A DNA stretch of 64,000 bases, taken from sequence record MK250017.1. The stretch is one strand, 5' to 3'. How positions within the stretch are numbered: the first letter of the stretch is position 1; each line of letters begins with the position of its first letter. The position numbers were made by a program, and so were the translations under genes. This document shows, piece after piece, positions 10,638-21,598 of the stretch. The notes beneath the pieces were generated by a model. That model was not told the origin of the DNA and ran no database searches. It saw only the letters and a program-made list of their open reading frames with translations.

Positions 10638-12791
10638 ATGGCAAGAAGAAGTTCAACTATTAGAGATATTAGAGCAAATGCATTGGATAAGCAGTCAGAG
10701 AGCGTAAAAATGTCTACTGTTTATACAACTGCAAAAATTAATTAGATATTAGACGATATAAAGAAAGGTAAAAAACCAGATCTTAACCCGTTTTATCATG
10801 GTAAAAAAGATTTAAGGGATTCTGGTATTACTTTCGAACGTACACAAGAAGAAGATGATGAATATAAAAAATGTGCAATGGATTGCATATATTTTGTTTC
10901 AAGATATGTAAAATTCAGAAACGACAAAGGTTTTACATTGGTTAAATTAAGAGATTATTAGGAAGACGTTATTCATCTTTTTTCTGATGAAATATGGGAT
11001 GAAGAACTACAAGATGTTCGTATGAAAAATCGAAGAGTAATTCTTTTGTAGGCACGTCAAACTGCGAAATCTACAACTTGCGTCGCGTATTTTGTATGGT
11101 ACTTGATTTTTCATGCAGACCGTAACTTAATGATCACAGCTAATAAAGAGTCTACTACAAAGGAAATTCTTAAAAAATGTATGGATGTATTTAAAGCATT
11201 ACCATACTTCTTGAAGCCGGGTATTGAAGAATATTCAAAAACAACTTTAAGAACTGAGAATGGCTGTTCTTTAAGAGCAGTTGCAACTACTGGTGATTCT
11301 GCAACAGGTGATTCAATAAATATCCTTCTCATTGATGAATGTGCACTAATATCTCAAAATGTAATTAAGGAATTCTGGGCATCAGTTTACCCAACAATGT
11401 CAAACTTCCAGTAGTCTTAGATTATTGTTTTGTCAACACCACGTGGTAGAACAGGACTTTATTATGATTTATGGGAGGGTGCATAGAATGGTAAAAATGG
11501 TTTTGTGTCAAAACGTGTAGACTGGTGGCAGGTACCAGGTAGAGATGAAAAATGGAAGCAAGATTAGATTTCTGTATTCGGACAAGATTTATGGGAACGT
11601 GAGTTTGAACTTTCATTTGATACTAATGAATCTAGATTGTTATCAAAGAATGCATTAGAGAAAATAGATCATATAAAGAGAAAATTTGAACATGTTGAGA
11701 TATATGGTGTACCTAAACGTGTAACTGATAAAATATATTGGGATCCAGAATTTCATCCAGATTAGTTAACATATGAAGATAAGATACAACGAAGATTTGT
11801 ATGTATAATTGATACTGCATAGGGAACTGAAGCTGGTGAATATGGTAAAGAAGATTCAGATTATAATATTATTAATATATTTGAAATGAAACTTTTAGAT
11901 CCTGAAATAATTTTAAAGAATAGACTTGGATATAAAGCAGTTAAATATACTAACTGTATATGTTTAGAATAGGTTGGTATTTACATAGATAATAATTTTG
12001 ATGAAGAAGAATGTGCAGCAGCTGCCCAACATATTGCATTTGATGTATTCAGTAATGGTGGAGGTTATGAAGGTGAAATAGATAATATGAGAATATTATA
12101 TGAAACTAATTTTAATGGTAAGAATTTCAGAAAGATTTTTTAGAAGCATGATTAGTTTTATGATACAATATTAAAAGGTTTCTTAACAACTGGTGGAAAT
12201 CACGGCAAGAAATATTTCTGTGAACTTGGTGCAAAGCTTATTGATCTTGATTAGATTATTGTTAAGTAGGATCATGAAATACCTGTATTATCTTCTGTTG
12301 AATAGTTAAAGTCATTCGGTAAAGTAAAGAATAGTTATGCAGGTTTATCTATGCATGATGATATATCTATTACTATATTATTTGCAAGTCGTTTCTTTGA
12401 AGATGACAGTCAATTTGAATGGCTTGATGAATGGTTTAGCCAATTACCAAATTATAATTATAATACAATAGAAGAAAGAAATAAGGTTTTACAGATATTA
12501 AATTATCTTGAAATATATGAATATACTAAAGAAGATGATGATACTGAAGCTGATAATTATTCAGAATTAGTAAGTGCAGCAACCTCAGGATTTGGACAAA
12601 TAACATAGCAAGCATCTGGAACATATGGTTCATTAATGCATAATTAGAATACATCAACACCGTATCATAATAATCCTAATAATATGAATGGAAATTATTA
12701 TCCACCTCAACAGCAAACACCTATGTATTAGGGAACATACTCCAGTTTAAGTAGAAATAATTTAATGAATTCACGTTTTATCAAGCGTTAA
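10638..12791 (+). CDS. terL: Terminase large subunit, T4 gp17-like (717 aa, >15 in-frame TAG)
   Basis: LQARQTAKSTT (Walker A variant), ILLIDECA (Walker B), VLSTPRG motif C, nuclease IIDTAQG...DSDY and terminal HDD. Confidence 0.92.
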
Positions 12792-12827
12792 AATAAATAT
12801 ATTAATAATTTAATAAAATTTAGATAT

Positions 12828-14345
12828 ATGAATAAGAAATTATATAATTCTATAGTTAGAGGAATATCAGAGTCATTATAGAAATCATTGTATGAAGGTT
12901 TGTTTGATGATGTAGATGATATATTATCAAATGATGATATAGATTCTTCTTAGCTAATGGATGATTATTTAAAGAAAGTTATATTGGAAACATTATGTAC
13001 AATTGATGCTTATCATAATGTTGAAGCAGATGAAGATGACGGTTTACCTATGATAAAATAGAATCCTGATAATAATTTATAGTATTATATTGCTCCTTAC
13101 ACTACATATAAACGTGAAAAGTTAGGACCTAGAAAAAGGAAGAGATATAATTTAAATTATTTCTACAGATATATTTTGACATTTGATGAAACAGGCGGAA
13201 TAATATTAGATATTACAAAATTCGGTAATAAAAGAAATTTCATTATTAATGATCAGTTATATTAGTTTATTTGTAAAACTCCATATACAATAAGTGAAAT
13301 AAAATATCATTTACCATATAATGAATATACTCCATATACAGAACAATGGGAGAAAATATGGATAATAGACAGAACACCACTTTCTAAACCAAAAAATATT
13401 CCAAATTCATTTGTTAATAATTTTCCAGAAAAAATAACACCTATGTATTCTGATGAATTAAAAGATGATATGAATCCATCTAATAATTCTATAATAGGCA
13501 GAGAATGGTTTACATCAGATGAAATGTTTTTAACATTTATACAGAAACTTGTAAATAATCAATTTGATATATCAGATGGAGATTTTTTTGTATATAATTA
13601 GAATACAATAGATGAACGTAGAAAAGAACTTTTATCAGGTAATCAGGATAAACAAATAGAAGAAGAAAATGATGCAAAATTGAATTTCAGTAGAAGTATA
13701 CTGGGTGAAAAATATTATCAAAAATTTAATCAAATTTCGCAATATTTTCAAGAAAATAACATAAAATTTTACTTAAAAACAATAAATACTTTCAGAACAT
13801 GTAAAATTTGTTTAAAAGATACAGTATTGAATTTAAGACGTTAGAATGGATATATATTTGATGAGATTGATAATATAGAAGAACCTAATAGAGTAGAACC
13901 ATTTTTTGAACGATAGCTATTATATAAAATGTTTTGTATAATGAAACATGAAAAATTAAATGACTGGAAAATTCAGCAGACTTATGATGAATGTATAAAT
14001 GGTACTCTGGTAAGTTATAATTTTTATAATACATCAACTTCATATTATGATATAAACACATTACCTATAAAATTTGATAACAAATATGCTATATATAATT
14101 TGTATTATGTAATTGGTAAAGCTATATCAGACAGTAAACCGATTTATGAATTAGGCGTTAAAAAATTTGACAAATATCCATATCAAAATGATGTAACATT
14201 AGGTCCAACATCTATATTAGCTGCTAATGAAATAGAAACAACCGGTAATGCATCATTTAATATGTCAATGTTCGATTATAGTTATTTAACAGATTAGTTA
14301 AAGACAATTATTGATAAAGTTTGTAAAAAATACAAAATAAAGTGA
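12828..14345 (+). CDS. Hypothetical protein (505 aa, TAG=Gln)
   Basis: ATG 12828 to TGA 14343-14345; N-terminus MNKKLYNSIVRGISESLQKSLYEGLFDD. Confidence 0.65.
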
Positions 14346-14358
14346 AATTGTTATTAAT

Positions 14359-14949
14359 ATGAGAATAACCACATTAAACCAATTAAAAGAATATACTACA
14401 TATACATATTATAAATTAAATAAACCTGAATATACAAAAAAGAAAAAAGTTTATATTTGTCAACCTATTAACTATATAGATGAAGGATGTACACATATGG
14501 ATATATGGTCAGGATATATATTTTATAAAACTAATGCAGTTTCCAGGAATGTAGGTTATTATGGTTTTTTATTAGATAAAGAATCAGATGAAACATATAA
14601 TAATATAATTAAAAAACAACCAAAATATCTTGGTAAAATTTCACCTATGTGGTATGTAAATACTACATTGTATAATATACAATCTGAAGAAAATTGTAAG
14701 TTATATAAAAATCTGAAATTAGAAGAAAATCTATTAACAGAAAATAATAAAGCAGTATTTACAGATAAGCATGAAATAGAACAATATATAGATGATATAA
14801 GAAATAATATCATTAAGATTCCAGAAGTAGAACATATTGTTACAATGAAAACATGGTATAATGATAAAGATGGAAATAAAATAGAAGAAACATCAGTTAG
14901 ACATTTACCAAGCGGGAAAACAGATATAATAAAAACAATAATAAAATAA
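14359..14949 (+). CDS. Hypothetical protein
   Basis: 196-aa TAG-free ORF. Confidence 0.65.
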   Translation: MRITTLNQLKEYTTYTYYKLNKPEYTKKKKVYICQPINYIDEGCTHMDIWSGYIFYKTNAVSRNVGYYGFLLDKESDETYNNIIKKQPKYLGKISPMWYVNTTLYNIQSEENCKLYKNLKLEENLLTENNKAVFTDKHEIEQYIDDIRNNIIKIPEVEHIVTMKTWYNDKDGNKIEETSVRHLPSGKTDIIKTIIK

Positions 14950-14960
14950 TGTTAAAATTT

Positions 14961-14990
14961 AAAGTCTTCACAATAATATGTGAAGACTTT
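14961..14990 (+). terminator. Intrinsic terminator
   Basis: aaagtcttcaca / tgtgaagacttt stem followed by a T-run. Confidence 0.7.
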
Positions 14991-15037
14991 TTTATTTATT
15001 ATTATATAAACACTAATTAACTATATTTTTATAAAAA

Positions 15038-16174
15038 ATGAATACTGAAAATAAATTTAATTATGTTCTTGTCGGCGGAACATTTAATGATAATAAAGGA
15101 AAAGAATCTGGCGTAGTGAATAAATTATATCACGCATTAGGTACATTTAATTCTGTTATGTATAATGGTGGTAATTATTTCGATTTGGTTGGTAATGCAT
15201 TATCATCTATTACAGAAACAGATCTTATTATATGGATGGCAGATGTAGATAATGCTAAAGAGAAAATATATCCAGTTAAAAATACAGGTTCTGTATTAAT
15301 TTGCTCAAAAGTTATTAGAGACGGTTATACATATAAAGATGCAATTGCACGTATATTTAAAATGCATGGTAATGCTGTTATTGCAATCACAAAAGATAGT
15401 AAAGCAAATATGTTTATGTTTGAATTTTGGGATGCATTAGCAAATTGTTGGTACAGTGGTTCTGATATTGAAAAATTAGCATTAACAATATATAGATTTT
15501 ATATATTCAGTAAAGGCAGTATTCGTCGACAAACAGCACGAGATACCTCATTAATTAAATATAATGATGGTAGACCTGATGATTTAAATGATTTTATTAG
15601 GTTGAATAATAGTCTTGCTGATTTTATTCAAACGTCGTGTGGTGATAGGTTTTTCGGTAATTTATCTACACGTTGTCAAAAGTTATTTCCATCAGAACGT
15701 GATGGTAAATTTATTTATGTAAGTCCAAGAAATGTAGATAAACATAGGTTAACTCCTTCTGATTTTGTTTTATTTAATACAGATGATTATACTTATTATT
15801 CAGTAGATGAAAAAATAAAGCCATCTGTTGATTCTCCTGTACAATCTGAAATATATAAAGAATTCCCATCTATCAATTATATGATTCATGGACATGCATT
15901 TATATCTATTATGAAAGAGTTAGATGAAAATAATATTCCATGTGCAAGTACAGAGAATTATTTTCCATGTGGAGACTTAAGAGAATTAACAGAAGTAAAG
16001 AAACTTATGAAACATATCATATATGATGAATGTCATAAAGATTATGGTATAATAAATTTGAAAGGACATGGTTTTTTAATGTTCAGTCAGACTTTTGAAC
16101 AAATGAAATATATGATTAATGATATATATGCATTCAAAATGAATGATGGTAAACAATTATTTAAATTTTATTAA
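15038..16174 (+). CDS. Class II aldolase/adducin-family domain fused to an unknown N-terminal domain
   Basis: FGNLSTR, VSPRNVDK, PSVDSPVQSEIYKEFPSINYMIHGH and LKGHGFLMF match the aldolase II metal-binding HxH pattern. Confidence 0.7.
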   Translation: MNTENKFNYVLVGGTFNDNKGKESGVVNKLYHALGTFNSVMYNGGNYFDLVGNALSSITETDLIIWMADVDNAKEKIYPVKNTGSVLICSKVIRDGYTYKDAIARIFKMHGNAVIAITKDSKANMFMFEFWDALANCWYSGSDIEKLALTIYRFYIFSKGSIRRQTARDTSLIKYNDGRPDDLNDFIRLNNSLADFIQTSCGDRFFGNLSTRCQKLFPSERDGKFIYVSPRNVDKHRLTPSDFVLFNTDDYTYYSVDEKIKPSVDSPVQSEIYKEFPSINYMIHGHAFISIMKELDENNIPCASTENYFPCGDLRELTEVKKLMKHIIYDECHKDYGIINLKGHGFLMFSQTFEQMKYMINDIYAFKMNDGKQLFKFY

Positions 16175-16176
16175 TA

Positions 16177-16872
16177 ATGGGAAAATTCAATATTAAATCA
16201 TTATTTGTTGAAGAAACAAATACAGACGATGAAGTTAAAGATACTACAGTCGAAACTTCAAATAATTCAAATAATAAACCAAATGTAGAAAGTAATGTAT
16301 CTACAACAAACGTACAATCACCAGCATCTGTTCCAGCTGATGCATCAGTTAATTCTGGAAAGGAAGAAGTAAATCAAGAACTTCTTAATAAACTATGTAA
16401 TTATCTAGAAACATGTAAAATCGAAGGTGGTGATTATATGCAACTTAAAAAAGCGGCAAACAGTGATGGAATGAAAGTTATTCCAGATGAAGCTGTCAGA
16501 TTCCAAGCTGCATATGCAACGCTAAAAAGTGTAAATCCAAATCTTACAAAAGATATTATTATCAATTCTATTGATACATATATTTCTGAAATGAATAAGC
16601 AATATGATATTGCTATTAAACAGATTGAAGAAAAAAGAAAGATTAATGTAGGTGATAAGAAAAGAGCACATGAGGAGAAAGCTCAACGAATTGCAATGCT
16701 TCAAAAAGAGATTGTAGAATTATCTACTGAAATGACAAAATTATCTGATGAAATTAAAGAAGGTGATGCAGAATGTGATAAGAATGTAAAGGAATTTAGA
16801 AATGCTGTAAATGTTATTGTATCTGCATTGGAATCAGATAAGAAAAAGATTTCTGAAAAGTTAGTAAATTAA
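16177..16872 (+). CDS. Coiled-coil hypothetical protein
   Basis: Long heptad-like C-terminal half; first gene of the envelope/ABC cluster. Confidence 0.7.
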   Translation: MGKFNIKSLFVEETNTDDEVKDTTVETSNNSNNKPNVESNVSTTNVQSPASVPADASVNSGKEEVNQELLNKLCNYLETCKIEGGDYMQLKKAANSDGMKVIPDEAVRFQAAYATLKSVNPNLTKDIIINSIDTYISEMNKQYDIAIKQIEEKRKINVGDKKRAHEEKAQRIAMLQKEIVELSTEMTKLSDEIKEGDAECDKNVKEFRNAVNVIVSALESDKKKISEKLVN

Positions 16873-16876
16873 TAAT

Positions 16877-17059
16877 ATGAGAGTAATAATTAAAAATTAC
16901 GATTCTACAAAAGCAAAAGATATTATTATTCCTGTAGAAAATAATATGGATAAACATGTAGACTTTTCAGGCGGTTATGTTGTATTAAATGATGCAAATG
17001 GTAATAAAGTTGTTTATGTAGATTTTATGAAATATCCTGAAGTAACATTAGATTTATAA
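16877..17059 (+). CDS. Small hypothetical protein
   Basis: 60-aa ORF tightly packed between its neighbours. Confidence 0.5.
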   Translation: MRVIIKNYDSTKAKDIIIPVENNMDKHVDFSGGYVVLNDANGNKVVYVDFMKYPEVTLDL

Positions 17060-17074
17060 TAATTAAATAAAAAT

Positions 17075-18139
17075 ATGGCAGAATATAACACAAGTGATAT
17101 TGTAAATGTAGCAAAAAATACAGTATCAAAATGGGAAAAACCTGGTGGAACAACAGGTATGATTGTATTAGGTGTTGTAGTAGGTGCAATTGCAATTAAT
17201 ATTACACCTATTATGAATTTTATTGCAGCAGCATGCGCAAGTACACTATCTGCAATTGGTATGGCGGCAGCACTTTTTCTAGTTTTATATTGTTTATTTG
17301 ATCCTCGTATTCGTAATATTGGTTCAACAATATATTTTATGATTATGCGTAAGATTGAAGGTCTTCTTGTTGATTATGATCCAATCTCTATTGTTAAGAG
17401 AAAGATTATGCAGATGAATAAGAAGATTCAGGAAATTACTGATAATATGGGAAAGCTTCGAGGTCTTATTGATAAATCAGAAAAACGTATTCAAGATAAA
17501 AAGAAACAATGTGATCATGATTTTCAACTATTGAATAAGTATAAAGAAACTGGTAAAGCACAAGATGCTGCTGTATATGAACGACAAGTTACTCGCCTTA
17601 CTGAAGTAATTAAAAATTCAGAAGCACGACTTATTCAGTCAAAGCAATGGTATGAAATTATGGGTAAACTGAAACACCAGGCTGAATTAACAGTACTTGA
17701 TGCAACAAATGAAGTAAATGAACGTGTAGAAGAGTGGGAAATGATTAAAGCGCAGCATAAGGCATTTACATCTATTGTTGGAATTATTAATGGTAAGGAT
17801 GATCAGTTTAGTTTATTTACTCGTGCAATGGATCATATGGCAGATGATATTTCACAGAAACTTGGAGAAATGTCATTTATCATCGAGGAAACAGGTGGTT
17901 TGATGTCAAAGATTGATATGGATAATCTTGTGATGTCAGATAAAGCAAATGCACTTCTTGCACAATATAATTCTGGTGGTCTTGATGCTGTTCTTCTTGG
18001 AAGTTTTGCAAAGCAACCAATTGAACACGCACCAGCAGAAAATGTAGAGTTCAAAGAAGCAGAATTTACAAATTTGAATACTATTACAAATAATAGGAAT
18101 AATGTACAACAAACATTAGGCCAACCAAATTGGTTTTAA
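17075..18139 (+). CDS. Membrane-anchored coiled-coil protein, PspA/IM30-like
   Basis: Two N-terminal hydrophobic helices followed by ~250 aa of coiled coil. Confidence 0.6.
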   Translation: MAEYNTSDIVNVAKNTVSKWEKPGGTTGMIVLGVVVGAIAINITPIMNFIAAACASTLSAIGMAAALFLVLYCLFDPRIRNIGSTIYFMIMRKIEGLLVDYDPISIVKRKIMQMNKKIQEITDNMGKLRGLIDKSEKRIQDKKKQCDHDFQLLNKYKETGKAQDAAVYERQVTRLTEVIKNSEARLIQSKQWYEIMGKLKHQAELTVLDATNEVNERVEEWEMIKAQHKAFTSIVGIINGKDDQFSLFTRAMDHMADDISQKLGEMSFIIEETGGLMSKIDMDNLVMSDKANALLAQYNSGGLDAVLLGSFAKQPIEHAPAENVEFKEAEFTNLNTITNNRNNVQQTLGQPNWF

Positions 18140-18146
18140 TAAAATT

Positions 18147-18182
18147 AAAGAGAATTGTGTAAAAAATACATGATTCTCTTTT
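18147..18182 (+). terminator. Intrinsic terminator
   Basis: aaagagaattgtgta / tacatgattctcttt imperfect stem plus T-run. Confidence 0.6.
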
Positions 18183-18201
18183 TTATTTTTAAAAATATAT
18201 G

Positions 18202-18209
18202 TATCTTTG
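18202..18209 (+). promoter_or_regulatory. Bacteroidota-type -7 promoter element TATCTTTG
   Basis: Matches the TAnnTTTG consensus; upstream of ORF 18231. Confidence 0.6.
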
Positions 18210-18230
18210 AATTAATAAAATATTTATGTT

Positions 18231-18560
18231 ATGATAAAAATAGTTGATACATCATATTATATTATTAATAATAAAGAAAAGAAAGAATTATTTATATATT
18301 ACGATACAGAACATAAATTGGATTGTAATATGGATATACTTTCTTTTCAATTAGATTTTAATCTCAAAGATATTGATAATGATAATAAAGATGAAATTAT
18401 TGAACAATATTTTAAAGATAATTGGACAAGATTTTTTATGATAAAATCAGTACCATATGGAGATTTAATGTCTATTGGTATTTCATTTGAACAAATATTA
18501 AATATGGTTAATGAAATAGCTAAATCAAAAATAATATTTGAAGATTATAAATCAATTTAA
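18231..18560 (+). CDS. Hypothetical protein
   Basis: 109-aa ORF downstream of the promoter motif. Confidence 0.55.
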   Translation: MIKIVDTSYYIINNKEKKELFIYYDTEHKLDCNMDILSFQLDFNLKDIDNDNKDEIIEQYFKDNWTRFFMIKSVPYGDLMSIGISFEQILNMVNEIAKSKIIFEDYKSI

Positions 18561-18648
18561 TAGACTTTTTAATAAACACGATATAAAAGAAAAATAGAGA
18601 ATAATATTAAACATTAATTTAAATAACTTTAATTAAGAATTAAAAATT

Positions 18649-20238
18649 ATGGCAAATGTTGTTTTGCGACCTTGGGTAAAGGTTGTTGGTGTTATTGCAG
18701 TTGTTGCTGCAATTATGTTTGGTGCTTCTAAATTTTTTGGAGGCAGTAATGATGGTGATAATAAGTCATCGAGTGACAGCGGCGGTTTTTTCAGCAGCAT
18801 GTTTTCTGGTGGTGATGATGATGTAATCACCATTGGTACAAATACTTATGCAGGTTTTCTGCCATTTATGTATTTGAATAATGGTCTTGAACCTAATGAA
18901 GATTGTCCTATTTATAAGGAATATGGTCTTAAGTTGAAGATTGTTGTTCAGGATGATTTTGCTGCAGGACGTGCAGCATTCAATAATGGTGATATTGACA
19001 TTATTTATTGTACTGCTGATGCTCTTCCTGTTGAGATGAGTGAAGGTTCAAATATGAATGATGCTCGTTTCTTTAATGTATCAAACTGGTCACGTGGAGC
19101 TGATGCTATTGTAGTTAATAAGAGTATTCAGAATGTAAGTAACTTGATTGGTAAGGTTGTTTGTTGCTCTCAGGGTACAGCATCTCATACACTGTTGTTG
19201 AATACACTTGAAACAAATGGTATTGGAGCTGATAAGGTAAATATGGGAAATTCTACAGATCCTAATAAGGTTAATATTAAGGTTGTAGATAACGGTCTTG
19301 AAGCTGCTTCTGCATTCCGTGCAGGTTCTTGTGATGCAGCTGTTGTATTCTCTCCAGATGATCAGGATTTGGTTGCAACTGTAAAGGGTGCACATGTATT
19401 GATTTCAACAAAGCAAGCATCTAATATTATTTGTGATGGTTTGATTGCAAAGCAGAGCTACCTTGATTCTAATAAAGAGAATGTAAAGAAACTTATTTCT
19501 GCATTGTTGTATGCAAATGATAAAATGAATAGTGACGAAGCAGCAGTAAAGATTGCAGCTAAGGCTTTTGCAAAGGCATATGGAACAGATGAGAAGTTTG
19601 CAATTGATGGTTCTAAGAATATTCATTATATTACATTGGGAGATGCACAGAACTTCTTTGGTTTGAATAGTTCATATACAGGTATGCAGGGTGATGAGCT
19701 ATATTCAAAAATGGCACGTACTTATGAAAAGTTGGGTCTTTGTAAGAAACCACTTTCATGGCGAAAAGTTTCTTATCCTGATATTATTGAATCACTTGCA
19801 TCTAATGCTGGTGAAGTAAAGGGTGATCAGGCTGCAGAAGCATCAGTAAAGTTTAAAGAAACATCTACATCTGATGCAGAAACAAAGACTGCAATTTCAG
19901 ATAAGAAGGTAACTATTGAATATCCTGTTGATAGTGATATTCTTGATAATAATGCGCAGTGTATTATTGATAGAGAGTTCGCTGGTATTGCAAAGCAGTT
20001 TGCAGGTGCAAAGATTCGTATTGTAGGAAATACTGATAATACTGGTAATTATGCATATAATGTTGAATTGTCACGAAGACGTGCACAATCAGTTGCAAAT
20101 TATCTTGTAAAGGAATATGGATTTGATAAGAATCGATTCATTATTGTTGGTAATGGTCCTAAACGTGCAGTAGAAGATAAAGTAGTAGGAAGTAATAATG
20201 CATATCGTACTACAGATTTTCAGTTGGTAACAGAGTAA
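18649..20238 (+). CDS. ABC substrate-binding protein (NMT1/SsuA-like) fused to a C-terminal OmpA-like peptidoglycan-binding domain
   Basis: N-terminal membrane anchor; periplasmic-binding-protein motifs (IGTNTYAGFLP, SNWSRGADAIV, QGTASHTLL); OmpA motif IVGNTDNTGNYAYNVELSRRRAQSVANYL. Confidence 0.82.
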   Translation: MANVVLRPWVKVVGVIAVVAAIMFGASKFFGGSNDGDNKSSSDSGGFFSSMFSGGDDDVITIGTNTYAGFLPFMYLNNGLEPNEDCPIYKEYGLKLKIVVQDDFAAGRAAFNNGDIDIIYCTADALPVEMSEGSNMNDARFFNVSNWSRGADAIVVNKSIQNVSNLIGKVVCCSQGTASHTLLLNTLETNGIGADKVNMGNSTDPNKVNIKVVDNGLEAASAFRAGSCDAAVVFSPDDQDLVATVKGAHVLISTKQASNIICDGLIAKQSYLDSNKENVKKLISALLYANDKMNSDEAAVKIAAKAFAKAYGTDEKFAIDGSKNIHYITLGDAQNFFGLNSSYTGMQGDELYSKMARTYEKLGLCKKPLSWRKVSYPDIIESLASNAGEVKGDQAAEASVKFKETSTSDAETKTAISDKKVTIEYPVDSDILDNNAQCIIDREFAGIAKQFAGAKIRIVGNTDNTGNYAYNVELSRRRAQSVANYLVKEYGFDKNRFIIVGNGPKRAVEDKVVGSNNAYRTTDFQLVTE

Positions 20239-20249
20239 TAAAAATATAT

Positions 20250-20305
20250 AAACATGCGGTTTATAGAATAATATAATTTTAATTATATTCTATAGATCGC
20301 ATGTT
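20250..20305 (+). terminator. Long hairpin terminator
   Basis: aaacatgcg...tatagaata.atataatt / aattatat.tctataga.tcgcatgttt. Confidence 0.6.
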
Positions 20306-20317
20306 TTTAATTTAGTT

Positions 20318-20770
20318 ATGAAATATAGAAATGATTTAATAGGTAAAAAAATTTTAATTATATGTAATAGTATAGGCAGCAGTTATAAAAGGTTATATTG
20401 TTCTTATGTATTAGGAAAAATAATTGAATATAACCCAGCTACAAATAAGATTATGGTTATTAGAAATACTGGACATATTGGTTCAGCTGTTGAATTTAAA
20501 ATTAATAATCATGATCCTTTTGAATATCCATATTATTTTGATAATCGGTTCGCATCAAGAGAACCAGAAAATGATAATGAAACATGGTGGTATGTAGCAT
20601 TTGCTGATGATGAAGCTATACAATTATTAAAACGAAATTTATTAAAACAAAATAATAGAAGACCTGTATATAAATCATACTATTTATCAACTCTTTGCTA
20701 TGGTAAACATAAATCTAAAAAAGAATATTTAACATATCTATTAAATGAATTAAACAATGAATCTAATTAA
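20318..20770 (+). CDS. Hypothetical protein
   Basis: 150-aa ORF inserted between the binding protein and permease genes. Confidence 0.6.
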   Translation: MKYRNDLIGKKILIICNSIGSSYKRLYCSYVLGKIIEYNPATNKIMVIRNTGHIGSAVEFKINNHDPFEYPYYFDNRFASREPENDNETWWYVAFADDEAIQLLKRNLLKQNNRRPVYKSYYLSTLCYGKHKSKKEYLTYLLNELNNESN

Positions 20771-21593
20771 ACGTCTATTTAAATTTGGTGGTGATTCTGA
20801 TTTTGGAACAGTTACCAATGTAATTATTAGTATTATTGGTGCAGTTATTATTATTATGGGATGGCATTGTATTTCAGCATATAACGTAGTACCTAGTAAT
20901 ATTCTTCCTGATCCTTTTAAAGTAATTGGTAGTATTCCAACATTAATTTCAGAAAATCATTTATTTGCAAATATTTGGTATACAGTAAAATTGAATTTAT
21001 CATGTTATGTGTATGCTATTTTATTTTCATTTCCTATAGGATTCTTAATTGCATTGTATCCTATTAATAATATCTTATTTGGAAAATATATTAATTCAGT
21101 CCGATTTATCCCATTGCCTTCTATTACAGGAATTTTCCTTGCAATATTTGGTTTGACATTTGGAATGAAAGTATGGTTTTTAACAGTTGCAATTATGATT
21201 TATATTATTCCATCTGTTGTAAATAAAGTAAATGATTTGCAAAACCCTGCTAATGAAAAAGATAATGTATATTTGCAAACTGCACAGACAATCGGAATGT
21301 CTTCATGGCAAAAATTCTGTTATGTATATTTCCCTTATGTAACAGGTGGTGTAGTTGATTCTTGTATTGACTTATTGGCTATTAGTTATAGTTATGTTGT
21401 TATTGCAGAAATGATTTATAAAGATGGTGCAGTAAGTGGAATGGGTGCATTGATTAATACAATGGTTAGACAATCACAAATGGCATCTGCATTTGCATTA
21501 CTTTTCCTTATTATCATTATCGGTTGTGTACAAGATTTTCTTTTTAAGAAAGGTGCAAAACTATTATTTCCTTACAAATATAAAAATGAATAA
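20757..21593 (+). CDS. ABC transporter permease (SsuC/TauC-like)
   Basis: About six hydrophobic helices; EAA-loop variant YLQTAQTIGMSSWQKFCYVYFP. Confidence 0.85.
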   Translation: MNLIKRLFKFGGDSDFGTVTNVIISIIGAVIIIMGWHCISAYNVVPSNILPDPFKVIGSIPTLISENHLFANIWYTVKLNLSCYVYAILFSFPIGFLIALYPINNILFGKYINSVRFIPLPSITGIFLAIFGLTFGMKVWFLTVAIMIYIIPSVVNKVNDLQNPANEKDNVYLQTAQTIGMSSWQKFCYVYFPYVTGGVVDSCIDLLAISYSYVVIAEMIYKDGAVSGMGALINTMVRQSQMASAFALLFLIIIIGCVQDFLFKKGAKLLFPYKYKNE

Positions 21594-21598
21594 ACAGT

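Noticed and set aside
16522-19626. Antisense ORFs in the track (16522-16704, 17833-18054, 18633-18833, 19090-19395, 19405-19626)
   Set aside because: They overlap well-supported plus-strand genes and show no motifs
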